From positions 76,321,769 through 76,361,147 of the forward strand of contig NC_068982.1 in assembly GCF_001194135.2 (NCBI RefSeq): 39,379 bases of DNA, given 5' to 3'. The notes below the pieces were generated by a model, which did not search any database, was not told where the DNA came from, and saw only the letters and a list, made by a program, of their open reading frames with translations. The position numbers and the translations under genes are program-made. The DNA is from Octopus bimaculoides. Its lineage: Eukaryota. This document shows, in pieces, positions 35,091 through 39,379 of this stretch (positions are counted from its first letter, which is position 1; each line of letters begins with the position of its first letter).

Positions 35091-36723
35091 AAGACGTTGC
35101 ACAGTATCCAGTAGCGTGATATTGTTGATTGAATATATTGTGTCTACCGGGGGTTTGTACTGTCTGTCAAGTCACAACAAAGACCTCAGACAGACAGTAC
35201 TTTACGCAATATGTGTGCAGTTCCAAGTGATGCCGACTTTTGCAACACACCTAGACTGTAGGATATTTCTAAAGTTTCCAGATGTTTTTTCAGGTTGGGT
35301 GGTATTGAACCCAATGCTCCGATGACAATAGGGAAACCTTTATGTTTGACTCTCGTAGCTGCCACATCTTAGCGATCTCAAGTCACAGGTCTCCATATTT
35401 ATCAATCTTTTCTTTTTCTTTCTTGATATTATGTTGATCTCCAGACACTGTCACGTCGATAATTAGATACTCTTGTTTGTCCCTCCTAAAGGTTACTATA
35501 TCCGCCCTTTAGTGCTCTAACACCTTGTCTGTCTGGAAGTCAAAGTTCCAGAGGATTTTTGCCTTCTTTTCGTCCAATTACCTTTTCCAGTGAAGGTTTC
35601 GAGATACCTTGTTGTGTCTCGCTTGTACTCTTTCTGCGCAAAATATTCACAAGCACCAACAATGTGAGTCACGCTTTCGCCCCTCTCCCCACATATCCTG
35701 CCGAGATTTGTTGCACTTGTGTGGTATATATTCTTTTTCACTAAGTTGGTATTCAATGCCTGATCTTGAGCAGCGATGATTAGGCTTTCAGTATTCATTT
35801 TTAGGCCACCCTTGCTGAACCACCTCCATGATGCTTCCTGGTCTTTTAATTTATTAGTTTCACGGTGGAACTAACCATGTAATTCCATGCGGAGTAGGAT
35901 TTCTCTCTCATTGGCTGTTCGTGATCGGAATTCATGAGCACTCTCAAGTCCATTTTTGCTAAATCCTTCTGTATTAGCAGCATACTGTAGCAAGTCTTGT
36001 TTGCTGTTTACCAAATATTCTGCTATGTTTTTCCTTTCACTGTTGATGCACTCCTGTACGCAATCAGTCCACATTCACCTTTGCCCTTTTTTCATGTAGA
36101 GCTTGTTTGCAGTCTCAACCAGTCTCTCCATTCCAGGCTCTGTTTTTGCGAGCAGTTTTAAATCATCTCTGAAGAGAGGGTGGTTGAGACGAGGTCCATT
36201 GTTTCTCAGCTCATAGTGCGCGTTGACTTTGCGTAGGACTACAGAAAGTGGGATCAAGGCTATAATAAATAATAAGGTTGAACAAGAGTCTCCCTAGAAG
36301 ATATCTCTTTTGATTGTTACCTCGGTTAAATGCTGGTTGTCACAGAGAAGACGTTTTTTTTTTGCAACTAGGCATACTGTTCTTAACCAGTGCACACACG
36401 TTCTCAGCTATTCCACACATGTCGGGTGTTTCCAAAACCCACGAACGCGGTAGCATGTCGTAAGCCATTTTAAAATCCTGATCATACACAATCCTGGTCA
36501 GGTACAATTCTTTTGTTACCGTTTACAGTTTTTCATTACAACCTTGTCTATCACAAGGTGAGCCTTGGTGCCCTTGGATCCTTTTTGGCATCCCTTTTGC
36601 TCTACTGGAAGTAGACTGTTTTCCGCAAGGAACGTATATATTTACCCTGCGAGGATGCCGCCTAGCACTTTCCATAGGAGGTTAAAACGAGCAATGGGTC
36701 AGTAATTGCCTATTCATTGCCCT

Positions 36724-36725
<2 letters not shown>
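35090..36725 (-). mobile_element. 5'-truncated, internally deleted R4/Dong-like non-LTR retrotransposon (RT, zinc knuckle, RLE) flanked by (TAA)n
   Basis: GNY*PI..LWKVL.GI..LLPVEQKGC..KGTK..L.IDK, DFKMAYDM.P.SW, DIF*GDS, LNHPLFRDDLKL, TESLIIAAQDQAL.T, RICGE..ES.THIV.AC..AQKEYKR, DIV..IIDV.V..KEKEKIDKY..VIGALG..LQKS..LGTAHILRKVL*. Confidence 0.92.
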
Positions 36726-36815
<90 letters not shown>

Positions 36816-36818
<3 letters not shown>

Positions 36819-36954
36819 TAGTTTTATTTTTATAACGTGCTTTCACTTCACTACCGAGTGCAGCTCTGTGTGCTTTGGGTATGTGCTGTGGTTTGCTGTG
36901 GTGCTCTTATGGTTACTGTATTGAAAGTGTTTTGCGTAGGATGTGTGCAGTGCC
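36816..36954 (-). mobile_element. 5'-truncated R4/Dong-like family B 3' end inside (TAA)n
   Basis: Near-identical to 4129-4270; (ATT)n on both sides (36724-36815, 36955-37004). Confidence 0.88.
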
Positions 36955-36966
36955 TTATTATTATTA

Positions 36967-37004
<38 letters not shown>

Positions 37005-37193
37005 GTTGTTGTTGTTGTTGTTGTTATTGTTGTTGTTGTTGTTGTTGTCGTTGTTGCTGATATTATTTTTACTTTTATTTACCGTTTGCGTCAGCAAAAA
37101 TTAAACTTTATCCATTATTTGCTTATATTACATAACATCGGATAATTTTCTGCGGGCCGTCTTTTAATTGCTGTCAAATCTCATATCAACAAT

Positions 37194-37231
<38 letters not shown>

Positions 37232-37479
37232 CTACTTTAAAAATTCTGCTGGAATATGATGAAAACATTTGTGGTGGAGGGAAGGCACGTAGGAATGCGA
37301 ACCGTCTCAACCGAAACGATATCAGATATTGGTTGCATTATTTATTCCTTAGTCTTTCAAGTGATCTGGACGGAAAAGAACATGGAAGAACGACAAGATA
37401 TAATCAAGGAAAGCTATTTACTAAAGAAAATCAAATCATATTCTAAAACGAATCCAAAACAAAACACACATACACAAAT

Positions 37480-37565
37480 AAACAAACACACACACACACA
37501 CACATACGCACTCACACACGCACACACACATACACACACATACACACACACATACACACACACAC
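37480..37565. repeat. (CA)n/(CATA) microsatellite
   Basis: Direct reading. Confidence 0.9.
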
Positions 37566-38504
37566 GCAAAATGTTTTATACACAATTTATACGTGTAATT
37601 TTATATGTCCTAATAATAACCAATGAAAGAATATTCGAAAGTTCTCGAATTTCAGGTGTCGTGTTGATAACCGAGAAAACACAGATAAGAGCGAACTATT
37701 GAATTATTTTTTCTTATCGTTACTCGTTAAAGAGTTTGTTGTTGTTGTTGTTTTGTCGTCATCGTTGTTGTTGTCTATGTTGTTGTTATCCTCATCGTTG
37801 GTGTTATTCTCAATGTATACATATATTTACTCTTCTTTTTTTTGTATCTCTCTCATTTTGGGTAGCAGCGTTCGTGTTGCTGTTTTTTCTTTCTTCCTTT
37901 CTGTTTCTTTTTCTTTTATGTTACGATTATTGTTGAAGAAATGGAAGATGAAAAATCGATACTTATCGAGAAATTCTTAAGAACTGTTCTAAAATATTCG
38001 TGATGATATAGTTTTGCTTGAAGGAGATGAGATTTCTTCTTTATTTTCATATTCTGAAAATCTCTATTCATTTATTTGTTTATTTATGTACTTATTTACT
38101 CATTTATTTATATATTCATAGATGTCTAACATTAATGAGTGATTCGACCATTTTAACAGAATGCCGGAGGGCAACTGACCAACAAGGTCGATAGATTTCA
38201 GTTCTGACATTTCTGAACTCTTGGTCAAGATATAAAACTCTCAATGATCACAATACATCTATGAATAGTTACTATGAGTAGCTGCAGCTCATTACTAAAG
38301 GCAGCGGGAGTACTACATATTCAAAGAGTGCTACATTTGTTCGCGATGTGGAGTTCGAACTTTGTTACGTACGATGAACTGCGATCAGATTCGTATACCT
38401 TCACATACATTACATTTATATTAATAAATTTATCACCAGATTAATTAAGTTAGTGTAAATTCTTACGTCGAAGAGGAAATTACATCTACTTTACATTCAT
38501 AATG

Positions 38505-39155
38505 ATTTCAAATGTAGGCGCAAAATTGGAAATTTTGTGGAGAGACGGTCAGACGTTCACATAAACCCCAGCGCTTGACGGTTACTTTATCTTATCGACC
38601 CCAGAGGGATGAAAAACATACTTGACCTTGGCAAGATTTTAATTCAGAACGTAAAGAGCCGGAACAAATGCTGCAAGGCATTTTGTCCGATGCTCTAACG
38701 ATTCTATCCAACCACCGCTCTTAATAAATACTTCTAATTTAAGCTAAGAATTTTGAGTGGTAGTAGTCGATACCATGAACCTCAGTACTAAACTAGTATT
38801 TCATTTTATCGATCCTCAGAGGAATGAATAACAAAGCTGACCTCATCGAGATTTGAACTCAGAACATAAAGAACCGGAACAAATATCGCAAGGCATTTTG
38901 TCCGACACACTAACGAATCTATCAAGTCACTGCCCTTAATTAATAATAATTGTTCCTAATTATGTCAGAGGGTTGGGGGTTATTTGAGTACATGAACTCC
39001 ACTACTGGTAATTTATTTTATCGACCCTGAAGAGATGAAAGACATAGTTGACCGTAGTGAAATTTGAACTCAGAACATATAAAAAAAAAAAACGGAATAA
39101 ATACGACGCATTTTGTTTGACGCTCTACTGATTCTGCTGATCCCTTCCTTTATAT
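38505..39155 (-). mobile_element. Three head-to-tail diverged SINE family A copies
   Basis: Three repeats of ttttatcgacc..gatgaa..gacc..tttgaactcagaac..ggaacaaat..gcattttgtccga..ctaacga at roughly 210-bp spacing, with short taat linkers. Confidence 0.8.
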
Positions 39156-39337
39156 TAATAATTCTGGGTTCTGCATTAAAAGTAGAAAACGGCAATAGAG
39201 AAGACGATTTCATCAAACAATATTTGGAAGTACAAGCTGGTTTTTTTTGGTATTTTCTTTAGTAAATAATCTTTTATTTCCTCATCTGTTATTAATACTT
39301 CTAATATTACAGATATCCTGGTGTATATGTATGTATG

Positions 39338-39368
<31 letters not shown>

Positions 39369-39379
39369 TTGTTTTTACT

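Overview
Eukaryotic, AT-rich, repeat-dominated genomic DNA with six assembly gaps. The repeat families suggest a cephalopod, probably an octopus (inference from recalled families, not a database result). I found no host protein-coding gene I can support; most ORFs in the track are translations of microsatellites or N-gaps. The window holds three tRNA-derived SINE families (about 30 copies or fragments), degenerate non-LTR retrotransposons (RTE clade, R4/Dong-like and other RLE-type elements, a probable L1/Tx1 3' end), a DD41D-type Tc1/mariner derivative, a probable Helentron-type non-autonomous element and many microsatellites. The most notable signal is a minimal type I hammerhead ribozyme at 26390-26432. 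It sits at the tip of a 133-nt imperfect hairpin inside a ~340-bp head-to-tail repeat unit, the layout of a retrozyme or Penelope pseudo-LTR. Two to three further hammerhead-like motifs lie elsewhere. Other points: R4/Dong-like elements repeatedly inserted in (TAA)n tracts, and an RTE element with twin-priming-like 5' inversion geometry. All alignments and counts were done by hand and outer coordinates of degenerate repeats are approximate.
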